From contig NC_068987.1 of NCBI RefSeq assembly GCF_001194135.2, positions 105,550,059 to 105,614,058 on the forward strand: 64,000 nucleotides of DNA. The letters are read 5' to 3'. Under the pieces are notes generated by a model. The model ran no database searches. It worked only from the letters and a program-made list of their open reading frames with translations, and was not told where the DNA came from. This DNA is from Octopus bimaculoides (taxonomy: Eukaryota). A program made the translations under genes and the position numbers. Of this stretch, positions 10,641 through 24,449 are shown in pieces (positions within the stretch are counted from its first letter, which is position 1; each line of letters starts with the position of its first letter).

Positions 10641-13171
10641 TCCTTCAGATAATAAATCCTTATTTGTTTAACAGACAAATGCTTTATATTTTAACATTTT
10701 TATATAAACCGAGGATGTTTTCGCTTTGACACACTGGGTACGATTTCATTGAAAATTCCTACACAGTTGTTCTGTACGCCAATCACGAAAATCAAAATAA
10801 TTTTTTTCTTTGAGAAATAGGTTATAAAAAATTTACGAAACTTCAAAAATACTGAAAATTCTTTATATAATTTTAACCTGTCAGATCCATCTATTCTCGA
10901 CATTCCGGAAGTTCATAATTTGCTATTTGAATATGTCCCTACAGCAACTAACTGAAAAAATCGTAAGATTAGGATTTAGGTCAGGATTATTGTTTCGGTG
11001 TAGGTTTAAGGTTAGAGTTTAAATTTAAACTTTATGGTTAGGAATTGTAATGCGTTCAAAGTTCCTTTGTAAATGTTAATTTGTTGTTTCCTTTAATTTT
11101 CTTTCATTAGGTATTTTCAGCTTTAAATACTTTTATGATATTTTTATTAATAATTTCTCAAAAATCAAGTTGCATTGTTTCTTTGGAATGTTGCATCTTG
11201 AAAACAAAAACACCCCTTCACTCCCCCACCAAAAAAAAGAAGATACTTTCCATAGTGTCAGTAATGCATGCAGATTAGTTGAAATAAAAAAAAAATCAGT
11301 CTTTAAATGTTCACAAAATTTTATTATTAATTTGTCCCAAAAATGGGTTGTGCGTTTAGTAATCAGCATAAAAATCTACACCTGTGCAGAAATGTTGTAT
11401 AAAATCGGATCACTTGAGTCAAACCAAAATGATCAAGATTTGAATCACGTAAGACATGTATAAAAATACGTGGACTACTCAAACAGGTTGTTAATACAAG
11501 AGAGATAATTATTTCTTTATATTATTTGGTGGGTTTAGAAGCTTGAATTTAAAATTAAACTATAAGAAAAACGATGCATAGAATATACAACCTATTTTTT
11601 TTGTTTACTTATTATGAAGTTCTTAAACTTTTTTAATTAGTGATAATCAAGCACAATTTCATTCTTTTTGAAATTGTCAGATATGTAAATTAAGCATTTT
11701 ATAAACCGTGACCTTTCTTATAGATAGAAAATAATTACAGTCGGGAAGAAATTCTTGGAATGTATGGTTTTCTTTTCTTTTATCCTTCATAGATCGTTTG
11801 TAGTTCAGCAATCGAAAAAGTTCTTGGTGTTTACATACAGGGTAACTGTTTCCAAAGAGTTCTACCTTTGTACGTTGGTCTTATAGTAGCTAATATTTTA
11901 GTTTTAGCAACAAAAATTACTCAAGCCGATTTCGATAAATTCTTTCAGATGTAAATGTCGGCTTGGAGCTGCTACTTCATTATAAGAATCCTTCTTCACG
12001 GAGTGGGAGAGACATCTCTTTGTAAACATAACACCTCTACTTTTCGTCAACAGTCTGGTTGAATCTTTCTGAATTCACAACCAGAGAAAAAATATTTATA
12101 AATAAAATAAATAATTCAATAAAAGAATATATCAAGTTCACAAAGTGAAATAAATTGGTTTGCCGTTTAAGACCGATTTTCGAGAAAATTAAGTGAAATT
12201 TTAAACTGCTCTTCTTTCTAACTCTCAGGTTAGTTATCCAACACAATCAATGAACGTTCCTCCCTCGTCTTTAAAGGGTTATGTTCATAACAGTATTCTT
12301 TTCTCATCACAAGGCTCAATAATTTATTCTATTTCCTCAACTCTCTATAGTTATTATTGACTGAGAAGGTGTCTATATCTGCTCATGACTACTTAGGCTC
12401 CTAAAACAAATAGTAAAAGCATAGAGCGTGCTCCACGCTTGTCAGTGACAATCATTGTACTGTATAACTCGATGATTTCTTCCTGATATTTACTGGTATA
12501 TGATTTAAACAGTCTGAGAAAGCATTCGTGGTCCTAATTTCCCAAAAGATGAACAGGAACCAAATAGGTTATAATGTCATTTTCTCCGAGCTATCAGGCA
12601 CAGAGAAAATGAAATTTTAACCTAATTTCTCACTAGAAGTTATAAAATCCAAGTGAGTTTGAGTGGTAGATCTAATTTACTTTCCTGCATACATAGTCTC
12701 ATCTGTATATTTTTCCATTCACTAACATGCAATAATCTAAGCTTACTATTAATTGCAATAAACTCATCGAATTACTTCTGTCCCACAGTTTAACGGGAGC
12801 CTCAAAGGCTATGGACAGCTCCACTTCTTTTCTATACTCGTTAATAAAGATTGGGGTCGCTGATTTATGATTACTTACTCTGGCTTAAGGTTAGTTAATC
12901 ATCAGACAAGTAGTGGTTGTTTAAGCCCAGACAAACCTCACTTGAACAGAACTATGAAAAAAGGGATTCCAGCCACAACTATACTGTCTTTTTATAAATT
13001 TACATATCTAACATGTCCCTCATTTAATAATGATATTTTAGGGAAATTTACTGCCATTAATAAACTGTTTAGAGACTAAATAGAAGTCTTCCCTTTGATG
13101 AGGTTTGTTTATAAGAAAAGTTGGTTTTTGTTTTTGCAAGTGTTATTGTTGTTATTATTTGACCGTCGATA

Positions 13172-13380
13172 AAGGTGACAAGCTGGCGGAGTCGTTGGCA
13201 CACCTGGTAAAATGTTTTGTGGCATTTCGTTCGTTTTTACGTTCCTCGGAGGCCGACTTTAACTTTCATCCTTTCGGCGTCGATAAAATAAGTACCAGTT
13301 GAACACTGCGGTTAATGTAATCGACTTATCTCCTACTCCGAAATTGCAGGTCTTGTGCCAAGATTCGAACTCATTATTTA
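13172..13380 (+). mobile_element. SINE family A
   Basis: AAGCTGGCGGAGTCGTTGGCAC...GACTTTAACTTTCATCCTTTCGGCGTCGATAAAATAAGTACCAGTTGAACACTG matches family A. Confidence 0.85.
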
Positions 13381-13870
13381 ACCATAGATCAGGTTTCATC
13401 AAATAAACGCAAAATGAAAGACGTCCCAGCCATGACTACCACGCTTTTTTCAGTCATATTTATATTACATTATTCAATGCCTCCACCATTTACAAATAAC
13501 GATGATTATAAAGTGTAATTTAACGGAGATTTGGTTGCTATTATTTCTAGCAGGTCATCTAACCACCTGGAACCTCTCTTTTTGGCATATTTACCAGAAC
13601 ATTTGCCTATTATGAGGCAGTTTAATTCGATTAGCGAACAAAACATTTTTCATTATTGTGTCTTTGTAAAATGCCTGAAAATCACAACTCTTTATATTCT
13701 ATCCCTTAAAAATTCAGGTTTCTTAAGTAAATAAATAATGTATTTTCTTGTTTTATGTGTGTGTGTATGTGTGTGTGTGTGTGCGCTTTTAAAAGGACCT
13801 ACTGTTTACGTCCACTGTAATTTCCGATAATCTCCTTGTCCCACACTTCGTTCCTTTTCACACAAGAAAA

Positions 13871-13899
13871 CACACACACACACACACACNNNNNNNNNN

Positions 13900-13957
<58 letters not shown>

Positions 13958-14003
13958 CTCTCTCTCTCTCTCTCTCTCCCTCTCTCTCTCACACACACAC
14001 ACA
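13871..14003. repeat. Compound (CA)n/(CT)n microsatellite with a 10-N gap
   Basis: Alternating CA and CT runs seen directly. Confidence 0.98.
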
Positions 14004-15689
14004 CAAATACGCATGCGCAAAGTAAACAATCAAAAGTGCAGATGCACGCATATACACACATTTCTCCTGACACATATTTTATTGATCGTGGGTTTTCCAT
14101 TTTTTTCTTCTTCCTCAACACCAAAGTTCTATAACATACTAAACCAACTATTCGTGTTGCTTCTATGTGGGCTTCATATCTTCCTTAAAGGTGATAGAAT
14201 AGGAGAAAGAAATAGAAATAGCAGAGTCAGGGAATACAAGACAGAATCTGAAAGAAGCATTGACGTATGTAAAGATATGCATACATATATATACATACAC
14301 GCACGGACACATACATACGCACACATACACACAGGGAGTAAAGGAGAGAGAGAAGAGAAGAGAGAGAATAAAAAGAAATATAAAAGACAATGGAAAGACG
14401 GAAACAAAATGTACATTTGGAAAATTTCTCTTTGATGTCGATGAAGATATTCGCGATCTTTTCGAAAAGACGTAATAAATACAATTGCTCATACTAAACG
14501 CTTTATTTCCTTTGGCCAAACACAATAATTCTTTTAACACTAATTTCCACTCTATTGAATCTTCATGTCTGTTAAGGAGTAGAAGTCTTGAAAAAAAGGC
14601 CCCCCTCCCCACTCCAAACAATAACAACAACAACAGCAACATCAAAATCACCCGACAGAATAAAAGAAAAAATATTAAACAAAAGGTAGCGAGAGAAAAA
14701 AAAAATGAAATGAAACAAAAATACATTAAACAATATTTATTTTTGTGTTCTTTGGAAATCATTCGATCTTTTGTTCCTCTATACTCCTCTTTCTTCAAAC
14801 ATAAGATAGCGTTTTTTTTATTGATTGATAACCACGCAGTTCCTCATTGAAAACCATTTCTTCTGCTAACCGCACCCCACCCCTTTACACACATTTTTCA
14901 CGACAATTCTGAAACGAAAGAAAAAAGGTATTGATTGGAATTATCATCATTACTATTATAACAGTAATTATTATTATNNNNNNNNNNNNNNNNNNNNNNN
15001 NNNNNNNNNNNNNNNNNNNNNNNNNNNNNNNNNNNNNNNNNNNNNNNNNNNNNNNNNNNNNNNNNNNNNNNNNNNNNNNNNNNNNNNNNNNNNNNNNNNN
15101 NNNNNNNNNNNNNNNNNNNNNNNNNNNNNNNNNNNNNNNNNNNNNNNNNNNNNNNNNNNNNNNNNNNNNNNNNNNNNNNNNNNNNNNNNNNNNNNNNNNN
15201 NNNNNNNNNNNNNNNNNNNNNNNNNNNNNNNNNNNNNNNNNNNTGCTACTGTTGTTCTTGTTATTTAAAGACTACAGACATGATGCTTCGAGCTCCACGC
15301 ATTTTGGCATGCTAGTTGGGATAAAGCAATGGAGAGTGAAAAATGTTTCTGTGTTTGCGTTTTTTCTTTTTTTTTTGTTTACCTTGTTCATATGGTTGTT
15401 TGTTTCGGAAATTAAAGTACCAAAGAACTGTAACAGTAGATTAGATTATTAACAAGGTTTGCTCTGGTGAATGCCTTGCTATTTTCTTTGTCGCCTAACT
15501 GACTGACATTGCTGGTGAGTTAGAGTGAGAAAAAAGAAAAAAAGAAAACAGCAGAAAAAGAAAAATACTGTGATAGTTACTCCAGTTTATTGTCGAAAGA
15601 TGAAATCACTTTTGACACGCCAGGTTATTGGAAAGAGCCAAGTAGCTTGGTTGTAATTCTAATGCGAACGCCTTGTTACACAGCCACAA

Positions 15690-16130
15690 TGCTAGTTGAT
15701 GTCAATAACAACAAATACAACAGCACTACACAACATGGCCAATGTGGCCGTATGTGGAAGTGAAACTTTCTAGAAATAGCAATGAAGGTCCTCTCAAAGC
15801 ATATTTAATTGGGAGAAAGCATATTCAATAACACCAGTCTGGATGCATGCTGTTTGAAAATGAGTTTGAAGAAAAGACGATCAAGACTTGAATGATTTTG
15901 ATCATAAGTTTACTCATTGAAAGTTCTCTTCCACCAGGAACGCTACAGTAACGTGTGAAAAATAATCCATCAATACTGACCAGATCATGCTGGTATCAAG
16001 TTCACAAGTCATGCAAGGTTTGGTCCCAGAACCATGGGCCTCCTACAAAATCGAACTCACACCACATAACATTGTGACATAACACAATTCCAACATCCAG
16101 ATATATCTTGACAAAGAACTATCTCCTCGA
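15690..16130 (+). mobile_element. RTE-like LINE, heavily decayed 3' fragment
   Basis: Remnants GSET, KVLSKA and LTRSCWYQVHKSCK resemble the RTE C-terminal YGSETW / EVL / DRSxWR motifs. Confidence 0.35.
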
Positions 16131-16769
16131 ATGAGCTATAATGTTCCAAAACATGAAATATGGTGTAAGCTAATATTGGCAAAATCCTGTGTCTGACCGA
16201 TTGGCGGTAGTGCAGATTTTCTCAGTCAAAGCTCTCCAGAACTACTGAGTCGCGGTCTACCTGAGTCTGTTTATTCAGAGTGGTAGTAATAAACACACTT
16301 CTAGTGCAAACAACATTTCAAATTTTGCTGAGACATTTTTTCCTACGTCTCTGCAGAAACAGTGTATAAGCACTAAAAATTACCGAAGTCAATACGAAAT
16401 ACTATGCGTTCGCTCAACCTTGTAGAAATAGCGGTCTAGTCTTCCTCAAGATGGTGTTGGATAACTACCGAAACACCTCAGAAACATACACAATAAAACT
16501 TTGAATAATGCTGTTTTAGATATACTTAATCTAAACAAAGTACCATAGTAACAACTGAACCATGTTAATCATAGGTTTACTGGACTTGACTATTATATGT
16601 TACAACTTCCCAATAACGAAAGGGTGGATATGAACTCAGAACGTACATGAAGGTAACTAAAAACTATGAGATTATTAGTGCTTAGCTCCCTGTCAACATT
16701 AATCAACAGACGTATGATCAAAAGAATTCCAGTAGGGATGTTGGGGTTTGATAATCGTTTCTACTATAA

Positions 16770-17165
16770 AGACACAAAGCCTGAAATTTTTGGGGAGTGG
16801 AAATCGATTGAATTAACTCCAGCACTCGACTGGTACTTATTTATCGAACCCAAAAGGATGAAATGTAAAGTGGGCCTCGGCAGAATTTGAACTCCGAGCG
16901 TAAAGTCGGAAGAAATGCAGCTAAGCCTCTTGCACGGATTGCTTATGGTTCTGCCAGCTCGCCGCCTACATTTTTTTCTATAAGGCCTGAGCTTTTGGGT
17001 AGGTGCAGTAGTCGATTACATCGGCTCCGTGTTCAACTGGTACTTATTTTATCGACCCCGAAAGAATAAAAAGTAAAGTCGACTTCGGTGGAACTTGAAC
17101 TCAGAAGCCCAACACGGACGAAATGCCGCTAAGCATTTTGTTCGGCCAGCTAGCCATTCTGCCAT
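16770..17165 (-). mobile_element. Two tandem SINE family A copies
   Basis: Two head-to-tail units (~16770-16970 and ~16975-17165), each with TGGTACTTATTT(T)ATCGA.CCC.AAAG and GCTAAGC. Confidence 0.85.
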
Positions 17166-17496
17166 ATTATTGGAACTAGTCAAAAAGGAAATTATTATTA
17201 AATTATACATCAAGATGTGAGTTGCAAATGAAATCTAATTTCCCCCCTTTGATCATAAGTGGGCCAACTATGACTATCCTGTTATTTGTCCAGTGAATTC
17301 TTCTATTAAGAAGGCAGGATGTATTTAAAGCGATCTCGCAGATAAGCATTGAGTACAAGCTCCATCAGTCGGCTTGAACAAGAGCTATTATTTATGGCAA
17401 TATGCTTGGATGGATTTAGTCAACTTTACTACACCATTCACTACAAAAACTGGCTACATACCATCTAAAATGTGTCAATATTATGGACACACATTA

Positions 17497-17715
17497 AAGC
17501 GGCGAGCTGTCATAAGTGTGAGCACGCCGGTGAAAACGCTTAGCGGCATTTCTTCCGGCTCTTTACTTTCTGACTTAGAATTCCGCCCAGGTCAACTTTG
17601 CCTGTCATCCTTTCGAGGTCAATAAAATAAATACCACTTGAGCACCGGGCTCGATATATTAACTATCACTTTCCCTCAAATTTATTGTCCTTTGGCAAAA
17701 TTAGTAAGAATTATT
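17497..17715 (+). mobile_element. SINE family A
   Basis: GCGGCGAGCTG...GCACGCCGGTGAAAACGCTTAGCGGCATTTC...ATACCACTTGAGCACCGGGCTCGAT. Confidence 0.85.
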
Positions 17716-17733
17716 CGCAATAAACCACTTGTT

Positions 17734-17786
<53 letters not shown>

Positions 17787-17957
17787 NNNNNNNNNNCATT
17801 TTTTTAAAGATATGGACAGAACTGTTGAAGTATGGACGGGAATCTTAAACCTGGACAGTAAACTAGAACCAAAAAACAGACCACAGTTCTGGGCCAGTGC
17901 TCATAGTGTTGAATGAATTATCTGATAATATTTTCAATACTATGTCTTACTCTAGAG

Positions 17958-18245
17958 CAGGGGTTTTCAAACTTTTTGACTTGCGGACCCCTTTATATTT
18001 CAGGCTTTACCCCCTTATAAACGCTTATGAAATTTACACATAAATATTTGCTTAAAATAACATATATTTTTACATTTATTTATTTAACAGTATTTAACAA
18101 ATAGGTTTATTGTCAATTAAAAGATTTCGATTAAAAAACCATATATAAAATCAAATTGCCCATAAAAAGTATTTGCTGTCCACGGACCCCTGTCTTGTCC
18201 TTGCAGACCCCCTGTGGTCCGGGGACCACAGTTTGAAAACCTCTG
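17958..18245. mobile_element. hAT (Charlie-like) MITE, 288 bp
   Basis: TIRs CAGGGGTTTTCAAACT / AGTTTGAAAACCTCTG. Perfect 8-bp TSD CTCTAGAG at 17950-17957 and 18246-18253; subterminal GGACCCC motifs. Confidence 0.92.
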
Positions 18246-18860
18246 CTCTAGAGTATACCTACAGGTTTTCTTAGCCGTCAGTGCATTCGTAAATGCAGTG
18301 GCCGGCTAAATATTTTCCTATTGTATCAGTTGAGCACTGGGGTCGATGTAATCGAATTTCTCATTCCCTCAAAACTGCCGGCCTTGAGCCTTAATTAGAA
18401 AAGAATTCTCAACATGATCTCATTGCGTCGAAGCAATACTGAAGTCATTGGAAACTATTTGATGCGTCAGTGGTTATTGACAGCTGAAAGATATATTTCA
18501 CATTTTTTAAAACCCTTGTCATATTTCTGATATCTCCTCCATACAGAATCTTCGACACTACAACCACCTTCATTACGAATCTTATCTGAGAAAAGCTTCT
18601 TAAAGGACTTCGGCCTAATTTAAAGTGAAAGCAAAATATCACTGATCGGCTTTAAATATAATTTAAACAACAAAGCAAAACAAAACAAAAAGTAATAATC
18701 AACAAACTCTTACTATTGACTTCCTCAGTTTTCTAAGGAAGAAAAAAAATCCCAGAAAGACAGAAGTAATGGAGAAAGAAACAAAGAATGAAAGCAATGT
18801 ATATGCGCGCACGCATGTGAGTATGAGTGTCTGAGCGCGCGCATGCGTGTATGAATATGA

Positions 18861-18906
<46 letters not shown>

Positions 18907-20167
18907 ATATTAAGCTAACATTGTGATTGCTAATACTAGCTGTAAATATTGATTAACTTTAGACGGAATATAAGAGAGATAAGCTCCTAGTGACACAAGA
19001 CCGAGGCTGAGACTTAAGTTCGATCTACAGTTTCATGAGCTATGCCAATGCGCATCAATGATCATGGACTCCCTAACCCAACAACTCAGCATATTACTGG
19101 GTCAATATTTTTGGACCCAACCATTAAGGCCATCAAGTATTTTCCTTTTCTCTTTGAATTCTTCAGCATCCTTCTTTCAGTTTCTTTTTAATTAACTCTA
19201 AACATTGAACGCGTTGGCTTTTCATACGATGGCCAAGTTTAAAAGTGAGACGCTCTTAGTCGTGAGCGAATGAAAAAGTCATCTGGTGATGACCTGGTGG
19301 TTCAGATATTGCAAACAACATTGTGTGTGTGTGCAAGGCCAACACAATAATTCTGCCCTGAAGAGAAAACAACAGAGAAAGAAGTGGCAGAACACCCATA
19401 ACAATTTCCATGGCCTCCAAGACAGATGGAACTAAGAGTGGAAGATATTCTCAGCCTTGTTCAAAAGCATTAGCTAAAGGCATCTGGTCATAGTGTAACA
19501 CCGGGTTGCAGATTAATTTTACAATTAAAGAACAAAGATGGTTCCTCCGACGGGTTCCCATCACAGTTTCTGACAAGCAAATTTTACTCATAAGGATTTG
19601 GTTGCCATGTAGGTATAGTAAAAGACACATAATCAAAATACGGCGCACTAACATAAAAATGCAGTCCATCTTTTCTTTGCATTTTTGTGATTCTTCTTTC
19701 TTCTCAGAAACTTAAATGCCTTTTATGGTGAATGTTCGGTGATGGTTTGTATGCAGACGACGTGGAAATTAACATTTGCTACTGAATATGGCACAAATGA
19801 ATCTTAAAAAATCGTTTTTAGTGTTAAGGCTTTTGGGTATGAGGCTTCTCTGAACTCTAAAGAAACAGCAATTTTTGCCATATTTCTGTCTGGTCTGAAT
19901 CTCTCGCGGTTATTTCATTTCAGGTCGGTATCAGTTCTTTCAAGCTTCTTATAGAATTGGATAGCTTTATATTAATCTACTTTCATATATTTCAGAAGGA
20001 TAAAGTGTGGTTGAAGTATCGTTGAGCGAATTTTAATTCAGCCATAGTTGCAGACTGTTTAATGTAGTATGAGGAGGTTTGTTGTGGTGGGAAGAGTAGA
20101 CTCAGCTTCATATAAAATCGATTCAGCGTAACGTAACGGGACACGCACGCACGCACACACACACACG

Positions 20168-20245
<78 letters not shown>

Positions 20246-20409
20246 AACTGGCCATAAACCCAACCGCATATATTAGCCAAACATATCTAAACACCTCGGC
20301 ACACAAACGAAGGCATTACACTACACTAACTAAAAAACCTATACACTCTATCAAATAAGAAAGGTTACTCGAAAATCTTGCGCACACAAACGCGTATGCA
20401 GACCCATGT

Positions 20410-20623
20410 TCTTTTATTCTTTTATTCTTTTATTTGTTTCAGTCATTTTACTACGGTCATGCTGGAGCACCGCCTTTAGTCGAAAAGATCATCCCTCAAG
20501 ACTTATTCTTTGTAAGCCTAGTACTTATTCTATCGGTCTCGTTTTGCCGAACCACTAAGTTACAGGGACATAAACACACCAACATCGGTTGTTAAGCGAT
20601 GGTGGTGGTAGTGGGGGAGCAAA

Positions 20624-20661
<38 letters not shown>

Positions 20662-20835
20662 TATATATACATATATACGACAGGCTTCTTTTAGTTTTCG
20701 TCTACCAAATCCACTCATAAGGCTTTGGTCGGCCCGAGGCTATTGTAGAAGACACTTGCCCAAGATTCCACGCAGTGGGACTGAACCCAGAACCACGTGA
20801 TTGAGAAGAAAGCTTCTTACCACACACCCACGCCT
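20410..20835 (-). mobile_element. SINE family B, full length, with an internal (CA)n
   Basis: Reverse complement of 42768-43188: tRNA-like head, CTTGGGCAAGTGTCTTCTAC core and GGTGCTCCAGCATG..CAGT.AAATGACTGAAAC tail. Confidence 0.93.
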
Positions 20836-21250
20836 ATATTATATATATATCTTGCATATATACCCAAACATGCATAGAAACTGGCCCGTTCAGACTAACA
20901 CCATAACCCTACAACAAATGCCCAAACGCACACACACTAAATCGAGTGGCATATTTTAAACAAAAGACCCCACAGCCAGCACCTTCGAAACACCTCAGAA
21001 TCATACACAATAAAAATATCAATGGATATATTCATTCTAAAATTAATTTTATACATATATTCACGCTTAGACCTACACTAATTATAATTATGGGGCCAGT
21101 GATTCCTCGTTAGCTGGTAGATATCGAACATGTACGCATGGATATGCACAGCGCATATGAATTACTTGCCCCTGATCACATAAGCTTGCTAGTTATTACT
21201 TGAACTGCCGTAACGGACTGAGCTCTATAAAAGGCCGTTTGAACTTAGAA

Positions 21251-21672
21251 AAGCGGCGAGCTGGCAGAAACGTTAGGGCGCCGGGTGAAATGCTTAGCGG
21301 TATTTTGTCTGCCGTTACGTTCTGAGTTCAAATTCTGCCGAAGTCGACTTTGCCTTTCATCCTTTTGGGTTCGATAAATTAAGTACCAGTTATGCACTGT
21401 GGTCGATGTAATCGAATTAATCCCTTTGTCTGTTCTTGTTTGTCCCCTCTATGTTTGTCCCCTTGTGGGCAATAAAGAAATAAGAAACGGGCAAAATGCT
21501 TAGCGGTATTTCGTCTGTCTTTCCGCTCTGATTTCAAATTTCGTCGAAGTCGACTATAACTTTCATCCTTTCGGGGTCGGTAAATTAAGTACCAGTTGCG
21601 TATTGTGGTCGATTTAATCGACTGGCTCCCCACCGCCAAATTTCGGGCCTTGTGCCTAGAGTAGAAAAGAAT
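21251..21672 (+). mobile_element. Two tandem SINE family A copies
   Basis: Unit 1 ~21251-21485 (GCGGCGAGCTGGCAGAAACGTTAG...); unit 2 ~21486-21672 (5'-truncated). Both carry GTCGACT..CTTTCATCCTTT.GGG.TCG.TAAATTAAGTACCAGTT. Confidence 0.9.
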
Positions 21673-21919
21673 ATTGTAGAGGAGGAACTTCCAGTCGGAG
21701 CGTCCAAATTCTCCGGGAGTGCGTGATAGCATTTCAGGGGTTGCAACAGAAAGGGAAAATATGAACCATATTAACATCGCTTTTCAAAATAAAATGTTTA
21801 ACTGTCTTAAAACTTGATTGCATTAAGCACAACGCTCACATTATTTCCTTTGCACAGCACGGTTCGTAATTCAGTTAAAAAGGAAAAAGGAGTTACTAGA
21901 AACTCTTTCACCTGTTCGT

Positions 21920-21930
21920 TGCTGCTGCTG

Positions 21931-21976
<46 letters not shown>

Positions 21977-22008
21977 CACTACTGCTGCTGCTGCTGCTGC
22001 TGCTACTG
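21920..22008. repeat. Compound (CTG)n/(CTA)n trinucleotide repeat
   Basis: Seen directly. Confidence 0.97.
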
Positions 22009-22594
22009 CATAAACATATATGAAAATTCTCATGTGTGCGTAGCTGTCTCTCTATACTATATGTTACACTTACATAGATACACACATAAAGACACATACA
22101 CTCATACACGTATATATATATATATATATATATAGGGGTCAGCCACACTTAAGTGGCAATATACTACACTTTATCGTGCAGTTACTGTTAATACTTCATT
22201 TAGAGAATTAACATTGCTTATATATATATATATATATATGTACGTATACACACACATGTATATATACGTACATATGTATGTATATATATGTATTTATGTA
22301 GGTATGTACGTGTATATATATTTAGGAATACATATTCTATATCTGTCTGTCTGCTTGACTATGTATGAATGTATGTATCTATCTGTGTGTATGTGTGTGT
22401 ATGTATATATTTATTTGTGTGTGTCTATAATATGTATAAATGTATATGTACGTATTATGTATTATATTATTCTTTAATTAGTTTCAGCCAATGAACAGTG
22501 GTCGTGATCTGTTAGTACCTATAAAGGTATAGTTTTTTATATCGGTTGCAGTATTTCTTTTGTCAACCTCGGACGAAATGAAAGCAAATTAGTC

Positions 22595-22694
<100 letters not shown>

Positions 22695-23229
22695 GGGTGT
22701 TATTTGTATGAATGTATGTCTCTCTCTATATATATACATATGTATATACGCATATATAAATAGACATACACACACACGCACATATACACATACAGAGTGA
22801 GTGAGAGAGAGAGAATCTCTATTTGTACCGCCTAACATTCATACACATATATATGTGTGTGTGTCTGTGTATATAAATATACATATGTATATAGATGTAT
22901 GCCTATATCTGTATATGTGTGCGTGTGTGTGTGTGTGTGTGTCCGTATTTACTTAGATACGTCATTTGCCAGGGGCATTAGAAATAACACAGGAATTCTA
23001 TTATTTTTCTCTTAATTCTTAAGTTAAAGTCAAGGAAGTTCTTCCAATTCATTGAGATAATTAGATACAAATGACTTTTATGGTCTATTAATAAATTTCT
23101 TTTACAGATTTTTCACTATCTTTATTTTTGTGTTTTGTCGAACGTTCTCGGTTTAAATAGACTCTATTTAAATATCTCATCTCGTTAAAGAATTAATGAA
23201 TAATTTTCACTGCATACATTCATACATGA

Positions 23230-23231
<2 letters not shown>

Positions 23232-23308
<77 letters not shown>

Positions 23309-23340
23309 NNNNNNNNNNACACACACACACACACACACAC
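23232..23340. repeat. (CA)n microsatellite spanning a 10-N gap
   Basis: Seen directly. Confidence 0.98.
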
Positions 23341-23562
23341 AAACACATGTTCGCGCGCGTGTGTGTGTTTTATGCGTATTCTTTTACTTTTATTCTTTTA
23401 CTTGGACAGCGGCCATCACTCTTATACAAAGGACAGAAGACGGTGTTAAACGACGAAAATAAACAATATTTATAAATGAAATGGTTCGTGACAATCGGTC
23501 GGATATTTCATTTAGCTATTTTAAGGGAAAATTCCGGTTCATTTTCATGTATAATTTCTTTA

Positions 23563-23568
23563 CTACTG

Positions 23569-23630
<62 letters not shown>
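23563..23630. repeat. (CTA)n microsatellite
   Basis: Seen directly. Confidence 0.98.
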
Positions 23631-23634
23631 GGGT

Positions 23635-24270
23635 TTTAAACCTTGACATAGGCCAGCAGTTTTTGAGGAGAGGGAGTAAAATCGACAACATCGACACCAG
23701 TATTTTACTGGTACTTATTCTTTTTGACACAGAAAAGATGAAAGGCAAAAGGGATCTCGGCAGGTTTTGCAGTCAGAATGTTGAAACGGACGAAATGCCA
23801 CTAAGTATCTTGTCCGGCGTGCTAATGGTTTTGTCAGCTTGTCGTCCAAATCTTTTCCAAAATAAGCACAAGGCCTGAAATATTAGGGAAGTGGAGAAAT
23901 CGATTACATCGATCAAGTGCTCAACTGGTAATTATTTTATCGATCTCGAAAAGATCAAAAGCAAAGTCGATTTCGGTGGAACTCTGAAATCAGAAGGTAA
24001 AGGCAGACAAATTTCCGCTAAGCATTTTAACCGGCTTGCTAACGACTCTGCCAGCTCGACCCCTTAATGAAAACAACAACAATAATAATGGCTTCAAACT
24101 TTGGCACAAGGCCAGCAATTTTGGGGGAGGAGGACAGCCGATTACATCAGCCCCTGTGCTCAACTGATACTTTTTTTGATCTTTGGCGGAATTTGAACTT
24201 AGAGCGTAAGGATGGACGAGATGCCGCTAAGCATTTTGCTCGGTATATTAACGATTCTGTCACAAAATGT
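23635..24270 (-). mobile_element. Three tandem SINE family A copies
   Basis: Units ~23635-23845, ~23855-24065 and ~24085-24270. Each begins with (G)CACAAGGCC-like sequence and ends near GCTAAGCATTTT...GCTAA(C/T)G. Confidence 0.85.
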
Positions 24271-24449
24271 TAAAAAAAAAAAAAAATTAACCTGAAGGCG
24301 GAGACCTCCGAGGGCGACTCGTGAAAATCTGATAAAAACCACTGAAGCAATTTGTCTTATCCCAGGCCTGTTCACTCCGAACATGCTCACCGGTCTCATC
24401 CACCTTTCAACAGACTTACTGCTGTTATTATTGTCGTTGTTGATGTTAC

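Noticed and set aside
10960-11045. Telomere-like degenerate TTAGG motifs
   Set aside because: Too few and irregular; such tracts are common inside DNA-transposon remnants.
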